64,000 nt of DNA from positions 24,778-88,777 of the forward strand of contig JAMJQQ010000036.1 of NCBI GenBank assembly GCA_023554445.1. Direction: 5' to 3'. Source of the DNA: Candidatus Carthagonibacter metallireducens (GTDB taxonomy: Bacteria > Gemmatimonadota > Gemmatimonadetes > Palauibacterales > Palauibacteraceae). Under the pieces are notes generated by a model, which saw only the letters and a program-made list of their open reading frames with translations, was not told the origin of the DNA and searched no databases. Made by a program: the position numbers and the translations under genes. Of this stretch, positions 18,328-29,073 are shown piece after piece. How positions within the stretch are numbered: position 1 is the first letter of the stretch; the number at the start of each line of letters is the position of its first letter.

Positions 18328-19026
18328 ATGACGACTGGCAAACAGTTGCCGACGATCCAGGGACTCGAGGCAGGGGCCGACATGGGACCGCCGAGATCCT
18401 GGCTCACCACGCGAATCGACTACCTGGTCAACTGGTCGCGACGCAACTCCATCTGGCCGATGCCTTTCGGTACGGCGTGCTGCGCGATCGAGATGATGGC
18501 GGCGGCGGCCTCGCGATACGATCTGGCCCGGTTCGGCATGGAGAGGTTTTCCTTCAGCCCGCGCCAGGCCGACCTCATGATCGTCGCGGGCCGGGTGTCC
18601 TACAAACTGGCTCCGATCATGCGGCGGGTGTGGGACCAGATGCCGCAGCCCAAGTGGTGTGTCTCGATGGGCGCCTGCGCGAGTTCGGGCGGGATGTTCG
18701 ACAACTACACGATCATGCAGGGGATCGACCAGGTGGTGCCGGTCGACGTATACGTACCCGGTTGCCCGCCGCGCCCGGAGAGCCTGATCTACGCACTTCT
18801 GATGATTCAGGAGAAGATCAAGGGCGAATCGCTCGTGAACCCGGAGCTCCGGATGGAAAACCCGGACGCGGTAGGGCGGCCGAATCTCCCGCCCGAGGCG
18901 ATCGAGCTCGTCGCACAGCCCTTCGGAAACTCGACCCGGCAGAACCGGTTGAGCGGAGCCGTGCCGAGCGGCGCGATCCTGCGTCCGCGGGATCGACTCG
19001 AGCGATTGCTAGAGCACCAGGACTGA
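18328..19026 (+). CDS. nuoB: NADH-quinone oxidoreductase subunit B
   Basis: [15 protein letters not shown] and GCPPRPE Fe-S cluster motifs. The ATG at 18328 follows a GGGGG RBS. Confidence 0.9.
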   Translation: MTTGKQLPTIQGLEAGADMGPPRSWLTTRIDYLVNWSRRNSIWPMPFGTACCAIEMMAAAASRYDLARFGMERFSFSPRQADLMIVAGRVSYKLAPIMRRVWDQMPQPKWCVSMGACASSGGMFDNYTIMQGIDQVVPVDVYVPGCPPRPESLIYALLMIQEKIKGESLVNPELRMENPDAVGRPNLPPEAIELVAQPFGNSTRQNRLSGAVPSGAILRPRDRLERLLEHQD

Positions 19027-19031
19027 TCGCA

Positions 19032-20903
19032 ATGTCTTCTACTACCGTGCCAGAACAGACCATCGACCTCATCACCGGCACGCCACCGGCGGAAGGTGGA
19101 GCGGACACCGATCCGGCGATCCAGGCTCTTCGCCAGCGATTCGAATCGGCGATCCTGTCGGTGCACACGGATGCCGTCGATGTCCCCTGCGCAGTAATCG
19201 ATCCGGCCAGCAACTACGATGTGCTCGAGTTCCTGAAGACCGATCCGGCCATGGCCTACGATCTCCTGGTCGACGTCATGGGCGTGGACATTGGCGGCGG
19301 TCGGCCAATCCGGGTCTGGTACCAGCTCTGGTCGATGAGGCACGGCCGGCAGCTCAGGATCGAGTGCCGGGTTCCCTACGAGAACCTGGAGCTCAGGTCG
19401 GTCACCCCGCTGTGGCGGACGGCCAACTGGCTGGAGCGCGAGGTCTGGGACATGTACGGCGTGACGTTCACGGGCCACCCGGACCTCCGACGCATTCTCA
19501 TGCCCGAGAACTACGACGAGGGCTTCCCGCTGCGGAAGGAATTTCCGCTTCGGGGCCGCTTCGCCCGGTCCGAGCAGGTTCGCCGGGCTCTCGAGCGGAA
19601 GGGCGAGGAGATCTACGCTCGTGAGGAGCTGGAGATGGCGGGAGTCCTCGCGGCGACCGAAGAGGATGCGCCGTCCGACGAGTTGATTCCCGAGCTCAGC
19701 ATGAAGATCGGTCCGGAATTGCTGGCGGACGGTCTGGAAGCTGACCGAATGGTCATCAACATGGGCCCGCAGCACCCTGCGACGCACGGAGTGCTCCGGC
19801 TCGTGCTTCAGCTGGACGGCGAGAACGTCGAACGCTGCATTCCGCACATCGGCTATCTGCACACGGGCTTCGAGAAGACTTGCGAGTATCGCGAGTGGAA
19901 CCAGGTCGTCCCGTACACCGACCGCATGGACTATCTCGCGCCGATGATCTACAACATCGCGTACGCCGGCGCGGTCGAAAGCCTGCTCGGAATCGAGATC
20001 ACGCCGCGTTGCCGCGCAGTGCGCCTGATTCTGAGCGAGTTGAACCGGCTGCTCGGGCACCTGCTGTGGCTCGGCACGACGGCGATGGACATCGGTGCCA
20101 CCACGGTCTTCATCTACACCTTCGGCGAGCGGGAAACGATCTACAACCTCCATGAGGCGTACTGCGGATCGCGGATCACGAATTCCGCCACCCGCATCGG
20201 AGGCATGCTCGCAGATCTTCCGGCCGGCTGGCTCGAGGCGTGCCGCGATTTCGTGCGGAGGCTCCCTGAAACTCTGGATGAGAGCGAGCGCCTGCTCACC
20301 CGGAACAGCATCTGGATGGCGCGGACCATGGACATCGGCGTCATCGATGCCGAAACGGCTCTCAACTTCGGGCTCACGGGCCCCAACCTCCGGGCAAGCG
20401 GGATCGCCTACGACGTCAGAAAGGCGCGCCCGTACCTGGGCTACGACGAGTACGATTTCGACGTGCCGGTCGGCGTGACCGGTGACACGTACGATCGATA
20501 CCTGGTCCGGCTCGAAGAGATGCGGCAGAGCATCCGGATTCTCGAGCAGGCGCTCGATCGGGTGCCGGATGGTCCGATCAACGTATCGGACCCGGCCGTG
20601 ATCCTGCCGCCGAAGAGCGAGGCGATGGGGTCGATCGACGCGATGATCGCTCACTTCAAGCTGGTCATGGAAGGACTGCAGGTCCCTGCCGGCGAGGTGT
20701 GGTATTCGGTCGAGGCGACGAAGGGCGAGCTGGGGATCGGCATCGTGTCCGACGGCGGCTCGAAGCCCGTGCGCTGTCGGTTCCGTGCACCGTCGTTCGT
20801 CAACCTGTCGGCGCTTCCGTACCTGGTGGAAGGTGGCCTGGTCTCGGACGTGATCGCGGTCAACGCGAGCATCGACATCGTCCTCGGCGAGATCGATCGG
20901 TGA
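19032..20903 (+). CDS. nuoCD: fused NADH-quinone oxidoreductase subunits C and D
   Basis: The N-terminal roughly 190 aa are NuoC-like (WLEREVWDMYGVTFTGHPDLRRIL). The remainder is NuoD (MVINMGPQHPATHGVLRLVLQLDGE...GYLHTGFEK). It is a single 623-aa ORF with no internal stop. Confidence 0.9.
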   Translation: MSSTTVPEQTIDLITGTPPAEGGADTDPAIQALRQRFESAILSVHTDAVDVPCAVIDPASNYDVLEFLKTDPAMAYDLLVDVMGVDIGGGRPIRVWYQLWSMRHGRQLRIECRVPYENLELRSVTPLWRTANWLEREVWDMYGVTFTGHPDLRRILMPENYDEGFPLRKEFPLRGRFARSEQVRRALERKGEEIYAREELEMAGVLAATEEDAPSDELIPELSMKIGPELLADGLEADRMVINMGPQHPATHGVLRLVLQLDGENVERCIPHIGYLHTGFEKTCEYREWNQVVPYTDRMDYLAPMIYNIAYAGAVESLLGIEITPRCRAVRLILSELNRLLGHLLWLGTTAMDIGATTVFIYTFGERETIYNLHEAYCGSRITNSATRIGGMLADLPAGWLEACRDFVRRLPETLDESERLLTRNSIWMARTMDIGVIDAETALNFGLTGPNLRASGIAYDVRKARPYLGYDEYDFDVPVGVTGDTYDRYLVRLEEMRQSIRILEQALDRVPDGPINVSDPAVILPPKSEAMGSIDAMIAHFKLVMEGLQVPAGEVWYSVEATKGELGIGIVSDGGSKPVRCRFRAPSFVNLSALPYLVEGGLVSDVIAVNASIDIVLGEIDR

Positions 20904-20955
20904 ACTCGCCCACCGCTGCTCAGGGCACGAACTCCGAACGGAGAGAGCGGAAGAC

Positions 20956-21513
20956 GTGAAGAAAGTCCACCCAGCCGTCGTTGGGGCGCAGCCGTTCCAG
21001 CTGGCGGAGCACCGACCGGTCGAGCGACTCTTCGAAGATGCGGAAGGCCGCGATCGCCTCGAGAAGTCCCTCAGCAGGTATCCGGAGAAGAAGGGCGCAC
21101 TCCTCCCCATGCTCGCATATGCGCAGGAGCGGAACGGCTGGCTCTCGCCGGAAGCGATGGAGGAGATCGCCGAGGCGCTCGACCTGACGCCCGCCTACGT
21201 CCGGTCGGTGGCGACTTTCTACACGATGTACGCGAAGCGTCCTGTCGGACGGTACTGGATCCAGGTCTGCACCTGCATCTCCTGTCACGTGAACCGCGGG
21301 GAGGAAGTGTTCGAGTCCTTCCTCGAGCACACGGGCACCCGCGCAGGCGAAGTGTCTGAGGATGGCCGGTACACGGTGATCGAGGCCGAGTGCCTGGGGG
21401 CCTGCGGCTTCGCCACCGTCGTGCAGGTGAATGACCGCTACTTCGAAAACGTCACCCCGGAGACGGTGCCGGAGGTGCTGGCGCAGCTCGAACCGGGCGA
21501 ACCCGAGGCATAG
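20956..21513 (+). CDS. nuoE: NADH-quinone oxidoreductase subunit E
   Basis: Thioredoxin-like 2Fe-2S subunit with the CxxxxC...CxxxC pattern (VCTCISCHV...CLGACG). GTG start. Confidence 0.9.
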   Translation: MKKVHPAVVGAQPFQLAEHRPVERLFEDAEGRDRLEKSLSRYPEKKGALLPMLAYAQERNGWLSPEAMEEIAEALDLTPAYVRSVATFYTMYAKRPVGRYWIQVCTCISCHVNRGEEVFESFLEHTGTRAGEVSEDGRYTVIEAECLGACGFATVVQVNDRYFENVTPETVPEVLAQLEPGEPEA

Positions 21514-21517
21514 CCAG

Positions 21518-22795
21518 ATGGGATTCCCGCACGACCACGACCTCGAGATCGGTACGATCCTCTCGCGGCACTTCGGTGACCCGAAGGCTCGGGAGCTGGA
21601 CACGTGGCTGACCTACGGAGGATACGAAGGACTCAAGCAGGCCGTCGAGATGGACCCGGGCGAGATCACGACGATCGTCAAGGACTCGGGACTCAGGGGA
21701 AGAGGCGGCGCCGGTTTCCCGACCGGTCTCAAGTGGAGCTTCATGCCGCAGGAGAAGAGCGGTCCGCACTACCTTTGCTGCAACGCGGACGAGTCCGAGC
21801 CGGGAGCTTTCAAGGACCGTGAGATCCTGCGCTGGGTCCCTCACCTGCTGATCGAAGGTTGCCTGATCGCGGCTCGAGCCATTCGTGCCGAACACGCTTA
21901 CATCTACGTGCGGGGAGAGTATTTCCCCTTCACCTCGATTCTCAACGATGCGGTGGTCGAGGCCTACGAGGCCGGCTATATCGGCAGAGACATACTGGGC
22001 AGCGGGTGGGACTGCGACTTGACCGTCCACATAGGTGCCGGCGCCTACATCGCGGGCGAGGAAACCGGCCTGATGAGTTCGCTCACCGGAGGGCGGGCGG
22101 AACCGAAGATCAAGCCGCCGTTTCCCGCGCAGTCGGGCGTATTCGGCAAGCCGACCACGGTCAACAACGTGGAGACTCTCGCCGCGGTTCCGATGATCCT
22201 GATCAACGGGGCGGACTGGTACCGTCAATGGGGGACCGAGAAGAGTCCGGGCACCAAGTTGTGGTGCTGCTCAGGTCACCTGGTGCGCCCGGGGAACTAC
22301 GAACTCGAGCTCGGAGTGCCGCTCAAGGACGTGATCTACGATGTGTGCGGTGGCGCTCCCGACGGAAAGAAGATCAAGGCAGTGATCCCGGGCGGGTCTT
22401 CGACCGCCATGCTCACGGCCGACGAACTCGACGTGCCCTCGACCTACGAAGGGCTGCAGGAGGCGGGCAGCTCTCTGGGGACGGCGTCGCCGATCGTTCT
22501 GAACGAAGATACCAATATCGTCCGCGCGATGCGTCGAATCGCGGATTTCTACGCGCACGAGTCGTGCGGCCAGTGCGTTCAGTGCCGGGAGGGCACCTCC
22601 TGGGTTGCCAAGATCCTCAAGCGCATTGAGGACGGCGACGGGCGGCTTTCGGACCTGGATACCCTGTACGACCTCTGTGAGCAGTTGACGGGACGCACGA
22701 TATGCGTGCTCGCCGACAGCGTCGTCTTCCCGCTCCGGTCCTCGCTGGACAAGTTCCGGGACGAGTACGAGGCGCTGATCGGCGGACGAGCCTGA
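21518..22795 (+). CDS. nuoF: NADH-quinone oxidoreductase subunit F
   Basis: GRGGAGFPTGLKW FMN/NADH motif and the 4Fe-4S motif ESCGQCVQCREG. The ATG at 21518 comes right after the nuoE stop. Confidence 0.9.
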   Translation: MGFPHDHDLEIGTILSRHFGDPKARELDTWLTYGGYEGLKQAVEMDPGEITTIVKDSGLRGRGGAGFPTGLKWSFMPQEKSGPHYLCCNADESEPGAFKDREILRWVPHLLIEGCLIAARAIRAEHAYIYVRGEYFPFTSILNDAVVEAYEAGYIGRDILGSGWDCDLTVHIGAGAYIAGEETGLMSSLTGGRAEPKIKPPFPAQSGVFGKPTTVNNVETLAAVPMILINGADWYRQWGTEKSPGTKLWCCSGHLVRPGNYELELGVPLKDVIYDVCGGAPDGKKIKAVIPGGSSTAMLTADELDVPSTYEGLQEAGSSLGTASPIVLNEDTNIVRAMRRIADFYAHESCGQCVQCREGTSWVAKILKRIEDGDGRLSDLDTLYDLCEQLTGRTICVLADSVVFPLRSSLDKFRDEYEALIGGRA

Positions 22796-22823
22796 ACCGA
22801 GCCTTACGAGGCGCGAGACACGG

Positions 22824-24404
22824 ATGAGCGAACCAGCCAGCGAGACGATACGGCTTACGATCGACGGCGTGGAGGTCGCGGTCCCGAAGGGCACGACAGT
22901 GCTCAAGGCGGCCGAGACGGCCGGCATCGTAGTGCCTCACTACTGCTATCACCCCGGAATTCCGACACGTCCGGCGCAGTGCCGGATGTGCCTGGTGGAG
23001 ATCGAGGGGCAGCCTAAGCTCCAGCCGTCCTGCGTAATGACGGCGGGAGATGGAATGAACGTGGTCACGCAGAGCGAGGCGGCTCGAGAGGCTCGTCGCT
23101 CCGTGATCGAGTTTCTGCTCCTCAACCACCCGGTCGATTGTCCGATATGCGACGCGGCCGGGCAGTGCATGCTGCAGGACTACGCCTACGAGACCGGCCA
23201 GCTGGAGAGTCGTTTCCAGGAAGCGAAGCTGGTGCTGGGCAGGGACAGGATCGCCGACGACATCCTCTACTTCGCCGATCGGTGCATCCTCTGCACGCGC
23301 TGCGTGCGATTCATGCGAGACGTGGCCGGTGACGAGGCGCTGATCGTCGCGCAACGAGGGCACAAGGCCTATATCGACACCTTCCCCGGGAAGGACCTGG
23401 ACAACGAATTCCGCGGCAACATCGTCGACGTGTGTCCTGTCGGGGCCCTGGTTCACGAGGACTTCCTGTTCAAGGCCCGCGCCTGGGACATGGATTCGGC
23501 GCCTGGCATCTGTCCCGGGTGCTCGAACGGCTGCAACATCGAGATCGGGGCCAAGGAGAATCAGGTCGTACGGATCAAGCCACGCTACAATGCCGAAGTG
23601 AACTCCTACTGGATGTGCGACTACGGGCGAAAGCACCTGGTGATGGCCAACCGTGGTGCCCGGATCGACCTTCCGCTGATCCGGCGCAACGGAGAGCTCG
23701 AGGCCGTCCACTGGGGCGAGGCGCTCACCTGGCTGTCCGAACGGATGCCCGAGGGCGACGGAGTGGCGGTGGTCTCCCCGTTCGAATCCACCGAATCGAT
23801 CGCCGCCTTCCGGGCGCTGCTCGCCAGAATTGGAATCAGCGGTGGTGGGTACCGTCTCGCCCGCGGCGACGAGGCGCAACTCGCGGGCTTTCCGAAATTG
23901 AAGCTGCGGGCCGAGCGTGCTCCGAATGCAACAGCCGCAGAGTTGTTCGGATTCCGCGAGGTAGAGAGTCTGCCTTCGATCGCCGCGGGCGCCACCGTGA
24001 TCGTGGCCGGAGACCGGCTGGACGACCTTCCCGCCGACTTCGCTGGTGACGCGGGATTCTTCGCCTATCTGGGCAGCCACCTCTCCGAGGCGGCCCGCAA
24101 CGCGGACGTGATTCTGCCGATCACGACCTTTCTCGAGATGGAAGGAACCTTCATCAATCACGAGGGGCGCCTGCAGCGATTCCGTCAGGCACTGGTGCCG
24201 CCCGGGGTGGCCAGGCCCGCCTGGATGGTCATCCGACGTCTGCTGTCGCTTCTCGGGGACGGGGCGGATGTGCTCGAGGCTGAGGCGGCGTTCGAACGGG
24301 CGGCCACGGAGACGCCGGGACTGGCCGGGATCGCATGGAGCGCGATCGGGCCGAAGGGCGTTCTGGTGCGAACGGACGGCGCTGCGGCGCCGTCGGCGAG
24401 ATAG
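22824..24404 (+). CDS. nuoG: NADH-quinone oxidoreductase subunit G (short form)
   Basis: N-terminal 2Fe-2S ferredoxin region (CYHPG...CRMCLVEIEG) and the CPICD and CILCTRCVRF cluster motifs. 526 aa. Confidence 0.9.
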   Translation: MSEPASETIRLTIDGVEVAVPKGTTVLKAAETAGIVVPHYCYHPGIPTRPAQCRMCLVEIEGQPKLQPSCVMTAGDGMNVVTQSEAAREARRSVIEFLLLNHPVDCPICDAAGQCMLQDYAYETGQLESRFQEAKLVLGRDRIADDILYFADRCILCTRCVRFMRDVAGDEALIVAQRGHKAYIDTFPGKDLDNEFRGNIVDVCPVGALVHEDFLFKARAWDMDSAPGICPGCSNGCNIEIGAKENQVVRIKPRYNAEVNSYWMCDYGRKHLVMANRGARIDLPLIRRNGELEAVHWGEALTWLSERMPEGDGVAVVSPFESTESIAAFRALLARIGISGGGYRLARGDEAQLAGFPKLKLRAERAPNATAAELFGFREVESLPSIAAGATVIVAGDRLDDLPADFAGDAGFFAYLGSHLSEAARNADVILPITTFLEMEGTFINHEGRLQRFRQALVPPGVARPAWMVIRRLLSLLGDGADVLEAEAAFERAATETPGLAGIAWSAIGPKGVLVRTDGAAAPSAR

Positions 24405-24412
24405 AGGACGCG

Positions 24413-25693
24413 ATGGACCCGATGACCGGCACCGCGTTCGTCATCGCGACGACGTTGAAAATCCTGGTGTTTTTCGTCCTGCTGCTCGTGTTCGTAGCTC
24501 TTTCCACCTACTTCGAGCGGAAGGTCGCGGGCTTCATCCAGGACCGAAGCGGTCCGAATCGCGTCGGCCCGCTGGGACTGCTCCAGGTCATGGCCGACGG
24601 GCTGAAGTTCATTCTGAAGGAAGAGGTCGAGCCCGGTGGGGCCAACAAGAAGTTCTTCTTCCTCGCCCCCGTGCTCGGGCTGGTGCCTGCGACCGTCCTG
24701 TTCGCCGTCATGCCCTTCGCCTCACCGGCACCGACCCGCTGGGGACTGATGGAGATGATCGTGGCCGACGTTCCGGTCGGGTTTCTCTACGTCCTGGCTA
24801 TCGCTTCCCTGGGGGTGTACGGGATCGTGATGGCAGGTTGGGCCTCCAACTCGAAATACTCCTTCCTGGGCGGACTGCGCGGCTCCGCACAGATGGTCAG
24901 CTACGAGGTGGCTCTCGGGATGAGCCTGGTCCCCGTGCTGATGCTCGTGGGCAACGTACAGATGCCCGAGATCGTATCGGCCCAGCAGAATTTCGCAACA
25001 GGCCCGGCCGCGTACGGTGCCTGGTTCTTCCTTCCCCTCATGTTGACGGCGTTCGTCTTCCTCGTCGCGGGTCTGGCGGAGACGGGCCGGGTACCTTTCG
25101 ATCTCGCGGAGGCGGAAGGGGAGCTGGTCGGCGGCTTCCACACCGAATACTCGTCGATGAAGTTCGGCATGTTCTTCCTCGGCGAATACGCGCACCTGAT
25201 CACGACCGCGGCTCTCATTACCGTCTTCTTCCTCGGAGGCTGGGACATACCGTTCTGGCAGGGAGACAACATCCGGGTTCTCGCCGATGGCACGGTGATC
25301 GGCGAACCGACCTGGTGGAAGACTCTCCTCACCTTCGGGTCGTTCGCGGTGAAGACGCTCATTCTGGTTCTCTTCTTCATGTGGCTCCGCTGGACGATCC
25401 CGAGGTTTCGCTACGACCAGCTGATGGATCTCGGGTGGAAGGTCTTCATCCCGATCATGATGGTCTACATCATGATCCTGGGACTGGCGATGTACCTGCT
25501 GGACGAAGCCGGCATTCCCGTGGGCTGGCAGTACTCCGGAGCCCTGATCGTGCTCAATCTGATCATGATGGTCATCCTGATCTGGGGCCTCGATCGCGGC
25601 ATGATCGTCAAGGGGGCTACGTCGAGAACGAGGCGTCGGGCGGGCGGCATTCGCGGCCGAATGACCCCGACCGCGCCCAGCGAGGTGGATTGA
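24413..25693 (+). CDS. nuoH: NADH-quinone oxidoreductase subunit H, with an Arg-rich C-terminal tail
   Basis: YFERKVAGFIQDRSGPNRVGPLGLLQ is the NuoH signature. The start was trimmed to the ATG at 24413. Confidence 0.9.
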   Translation: MDPMTGTAFVIATTLKILVFFVLLLVFVALSTYFERKVAGFIQDRSGPNRVGPLGLLQVMADGLKFILKEEVEPGGANKKFFFLAPVLGLVPATVLFAVMPFASPAPTRWGLMEMIVADVPVGFLYVLAIASLGVYGIVMAGWASNSKYSFLGGLRGSAQMVSYEVALGMSLVPVLMLVGNVQMPEIVSAQQNFATGPAAYGAWFFLPLMLTAFVFLVAGLAETGRVPFDLAEAEGELVGGFHTEYSSMKFGMFFLGEYAHLITTAALITVFFLGGWDIPFWQGDNIRVLADGTVIGEPTWWKTLLTFGSFAVKTLILVLFFMWLRWTIPRFRYDQLMDLGWKVFIPIMMVYIMILGLAMYLLDEAGIPVGWQYSGALIVLNLIMMVILIWGLDRGMIVKGATSRTRRRAGGIRGRMTPTAPSEVD

Positions 25694-25696
25694 TTC

Positions 25697-26194
25697 ATGC
25701 CCGGTAGCGTCAAGATCGTCGTCAGGCCGGAGTCGAGCGCTTCGTACGTGCGCGCGATCACCAAGGGCCTCGGCATCACCCTGAAGCACCTGCTCGAGCC
25801 GAACAAGGCGACCCAGCAGTATCCGGATGAGAAGTGGGATCTCTCGCCCCGCCTTCGCGGGACGCATCGCATGGCGACCCACGAGGACGGACGCGCGAAG
25901 TGCGTCGGTTGTGGACTCTGCCCGACGGTCTGTCCGGTCAACTGCATCAAGCTGATCCCCGCTGAGGATGAGAACGGGGAACGGTACGCCGCGGTTTACG
26001 AGATCGACGAGTTTCGATGCATCTTCTGCGGTTTCTGCCAGGAGGTGTGTCCCGTGGAGGCGATTCACCTCGGAGTGCACTACGAGAACGCCGAGTACAG
26101 CCGGGAGCGCTGGGTCTACGACCTCGAGCGACTCACCGAGCTGGACCACCCGTTCACGGCGCTCTGGGATCCCTTCGACCCGGCATCGGAATGA
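25697..26194 (+). CDS. nuoI: NADH-quinone oxidoreductase subunit I
   Basis: Two 4Fe-4S motifs: CVGCGLCPTVCP and CIFCGFCQEVCP. Confidence 0.9.
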   Translation: MPGSVKIVVRPESSASYVRAITKGLGITLKHLLEPNKATQQYPDEKWDLSPRLRGTHRMATHEDGRAKCVGCGLCPTVCPVNCIKLIPAEDENGERYAAVYEIDEFRCIFCGFCQEVCPVEAIHLGVHYENAEYSRERWVYDLERLTELDHPFTALWDPFDPASE

Positions 26195-26718
26195 TGGAAG
26201 CCTTTTTCTTCCTGTTGTTTGCGACGATGGCTGCCGGCGGCGCGATCATGATGATCGCCAGTCGGAATCCGGTGAGCAGCCTGATGTACCTGGTGCTCGC
26301 GTTCTTCGCCCTGTCGGGGGTGTTCGTCATGCTCGACGCGCACTTCCTGGCCGCCGTTCAGGTGATCGTTTACGCCGGCGCGATCATGGTCCTGTTCCTG
26401 TTCGTGATCATGCTGTTGAATCTGGGCCATCGTGAGGACATCGACATGCGCGGGCACCTCGCTCGCCTGGTTGCGCTCGTCGCCGGGTCGGGGCTCTTCG
26501 CGGCTGTCGCCGCGCTGGTCTTCCGGGGAGAGCAGGCGACCCTGGCGGGCGAAGAAAGTCGACTGGCGGTGGAGGCGATGATCCGATCCAGAGGTGCGGT
26601 CGGGGCGCTCGCCGAGCCCCTGTTCACGAGCTATCTCGTTCCGTTCGAGCTCACGGCACTTCTCCTCCTCGTGGCTATCGTCGGGGCAGTAGTCCTGGCC
26701 CGGCGCCGCGCACCCTGA
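26191..26718 (+). CDS. nuoJ: NADH-quinone oxidoreductase subunit J
   Basis: [42 protein letters not shown] overlap with the nuoI stop. Confidence 0.85.
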   Translation: MMEAFFFLLFATMAAGGAIMMIASRNPVSSLMYLVLAFFALSGVFVMLDAHFLAAVQVIVYAGAIMVLFLFVIMLLNLGHREDIDMRGHLARLVALVAGSGLFAAVAALVFRGEQATLAGEESRLAVEAMIRSRGAVGALAEPLFTSYLVPFELTALLLLVAIVGAVVLARRRAP

Positions 26719-26728
26719 GGCTTCGAGC

Positions 26729-27034
26729 ATGAACCTGGATATCGAGCTCGCTTCCCTGATACTCAGCGCCTTTCTGTTCGCTGTCGGAACGGCGGGCGTG
26801 CTGGTGCGCCGGAACGCGATCATCGTGTTCATGTGCGTCGAGTTGATGCTCAACGCCGTGAACCTCAGCCTGATCGTGTTCTCGCGGTCGCTGGGCCTGG
26901 AGGCCCAGGTGCTGGTGTTCTTCGTGATGGCCGTCGCCGCCGCTGAAGCGGCCGTTGGACTGGCGATCATCATCGCGATCTTCCGCCACTATGAAGGCGT
27001 GGACGTGGATCGCTTCAATCTCTTGAGGTGGTGA
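26729..27034 (+). CDS. nuoK: NADH-quinone oxidoreductase subunit K
   Basis: 101 aa with three TM helices ([26 protein letters not shown]). Confidence 0.9.
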   Translation: MNLDIELASLILSAFLFAVGTAGVLVRRNAIIVFMCVELMLNAVNLSLIVFSRSLGLEAQVLVFFVMAVAAAEAAVGLAIIIAIFRHYEGVDVDRFNLLRW

Positions 27035-27038
27035 CCCG

Positions 27039-29060
27039 GTGCTGAGCCTGCCATTGCTCCTCCAGGAGGCGCACGCGGCCTACGAGCCGATCCTGCCGGC
27101 ATGGATCCTCCTGCTGCCGCTGATCGGGGCCGTAGTCAACGGCGTCGGCGCATTCAACTGGCGCGGAAACAAGGCGATTCCGAGCATCGTGGGGCCGGCG
27201 GCGGTGATCGGCGCATTCGCGATTGTGGTCGTGAATTTCCTCGCGATGCGTGCTGCTGCTCCGCACGATCCCGCGATCGTTTCGCTCTGGACCTGGATGT
27301 CGGCGGGAGACCTGCGCATCGGCGTGGATCTGCAATTCGACCAGCTCTCCATGCTCATGCTGCTGGTGGTCACCGGAGTGAGTTCGGTGATTCACGTCTA
27401 CAGCGTCGGCTACATGCGCGAGGACCCCGGCTACTCACGCTACTTCGCCTATCTGAACCTGTTCGTCTTCTTCATGCTGATCCTGGTGCTCGGCGCCAAC
27501 TTCGCGATCACCTTCGTCGGCTGGGAGGGCGTAGGGCTCTGCTCCTACCTGCTGATCGGATTCTGGTACGAGAACCGGGAATTCGCGAGCGCCGGGAAGA
27601 AGGCATTCATCGTCAACCGGATCGGGGACTTCGGCTTCCTCGTGGCGATGTTTCTGGTGTTCGTGCACTTCGGGACGCTGAACTACGAGACCGTGTTCGC
27701 CGCGGCACCGGCTGCGCTCGCATACGGCGGTGCGGTGGTTACCGCGATCACCCTGTTCCTGTTTCTCGGCTGCACGGGGAAGTCGGCTCAGATTCCTCTC
27801 TACGTCTGGCTTCCCGACGCGATGGCGGGACCGACACCGGTCTCCGCCCTGATCCACGCGGCCACGATGGTCACGGCAGGCGTTTACCTGGTGGCGCGGA
27901 CGAGTGTTCTGTTCGCCATGGCTCCGGTCTCACAGGCCGTGGTCGCGGCGGTCGGCGCAGGAACCGCGCTGCTGGCGGCTACGATCGCCACACAGCAGTA
28001 CGACATCAAGAAGGTCCTGGCCTACAGCACGGTCTCCCAGCTGGGGTACATGTTCGTGGCCGTCGGAATCGGCGCGTACACGGCCGGGATCTTCCACCTG
28101 ATGACGCACGCGTTCTTCAAGGCTCTGCTCTTTCTCGGATCGGGTGCGGTGATCCACGCCATGCACCACGCCTACCACGAGGTGCACAGTCACGAAGATC
28201 CGAACGACATGCGGAATCAGGGCGGGCTCAGGCGATTCATGCCGATCACTTTCGCTACGATGTGGATCGGCACGCTCGCGATTTCGGGGATCTTCCCGCT
28301 CGCCGGCTTCTTCTCCAAGGATGAGATCATCTGGTACACCGGTGCGTACGGGTACGGAATCCTGTGGGGAATCGCATTGGTCGCGGCGTTGCTGACCGCG
28401 GGCTACATGACCCGACTGATGGTGATGACCTTCCACGGCGAGAACCGGACCGGAGCGGACGCGGAACCGCACCTGCACGAGGTGCCGGCCGTGATGTGGA
28501 TTCCGCTGGCCATCCTGGCGGTGCTGTCGATCGTGGGAGGCTGGGTGAACATTCCGGACGCGCTGCCCGTCCTGCCGGCGGTGCACGCGCTTCACGACTG
28601 GCTGCACCCGGTGTTCGAGCCGGCCCGCGGGATCCTCGAGGCACACGGGCTCCACGATGCGCACAGCTCGCCCATCGGAGGCGGGGAAGCGATGTGGGCC
28701 GGGATTTCGACCGTAGCCGCGGCGGTCGTCATCATTCTCACGTTCCGGGCCCTCGTCCACCGGACCTGGAAGCCTGCCGCAGACTCCACCGAGCCGACGG
28801 GGCTCGCGGGTGTCCTGTACAACAAGTGGTACGTTGACGAGTTGTACGACCGCACCATCGTGCTTCCGCTTCTGGCCCTCTGGCGGGGGTGCTGGCGAAT
28901 CGTGGACGCGGGGTTGATAGACGGATCGATCAACGGCCTGGCGGCAGGTACCCGAGCCGTGGGCTGGATCGGAAGCCTGTTCCAGACGGGGCGCGTGGCG
29001 ACGTACATGTTCTACTTCGTGACGGGGGTGCTGGTGATCCTCGCAACTTTCCTGCTCTGA
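27039..29060 (+). CDS. nuoL: NADH-quinone oxidoreductase subunit L
   Basis: 673-aa antiporter-like subunit with the conserved WLPDAMAGPTPVSALIHAATMVTAGVYL motif. Confidence 0.9.
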   Translation: MLSLPLLLQEAHAAYEPILPAWILLLPLIGAVVNGVGAFNWRGNKAIPSIVGPAAVIGAFAIVVVNFLAMRAAAPHDPAIVSLWTWMSAGDLRIGVDLQFDQLSMLMLLVVTGVSSVIHVYSVGYMREDPGYSRYFAYLNLFVFFMLILVLGANFAITFVGWEGVGLCSYLLIGFWYENREFASAGKKAFIVNRIGDFGFLVAMFLVFVHFGTLNYETVFAAAPAALAYGGAVVTAITLFLFLGCTGKSAQIPLYVWLPDAMAGPTPVSALIHAATMVTAGVYLVARTSVLFAMAPVSQAVVAAVGAGTALLAATIATQQYDIKKVLAYSTVSQLGYMFVAVGIGAYTAGIFHLMTHAFFKALLFLGSGAVIHAMHHAYHEVHSHEDPNDMRNQGGLRRFMPITFATMWIGTLAISGIFPLAGFFSKDEIIWYTGAYGYGILWGIALVAALLTAGYMTRLMVMTFHGENRTGADAEPHLHEVPAVMWIPLAILAVLSIVGGWVNIPDALPVLPAVHALHDWLHPVFEPARGILEAHGLHDAHSSPIGGGEAMWAGISTVAAAVVIILTFRALVHRTWKPAADSTEPTGLAGVLYNKWYVDELYDRTIVLPLLALWRGCWRIVDAGLIDGSINGLAAGTRAVGWIGSLFQTGRVATYMFYFVTGVLVILATFLL

Positions 29061-29073
29061 GCGGAATCGAGCC

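Noticed and set aside
18807-21110. 767-aa ORF on the minus strand
   Set aside because: It is antisense to nuoB/nuoCD/nuoE, whose identities are unambiguous. Its predicted protein is Arg/Pro/Gly-rich low-complexity sequence typical of GC-rich shadow frames. The same reasoning applies to the other long antisense or overlapping ORFs in the track: 7115-8668, 3675-4610, 22617-24161, 24722-26149, 26116-26973, 29535-30662, 30847-32092, 32725-33807, 35858-36961, 37039-38335, 42218-43294, 43228-44307, 46856-49180 (frames), 55840-57207, and others.
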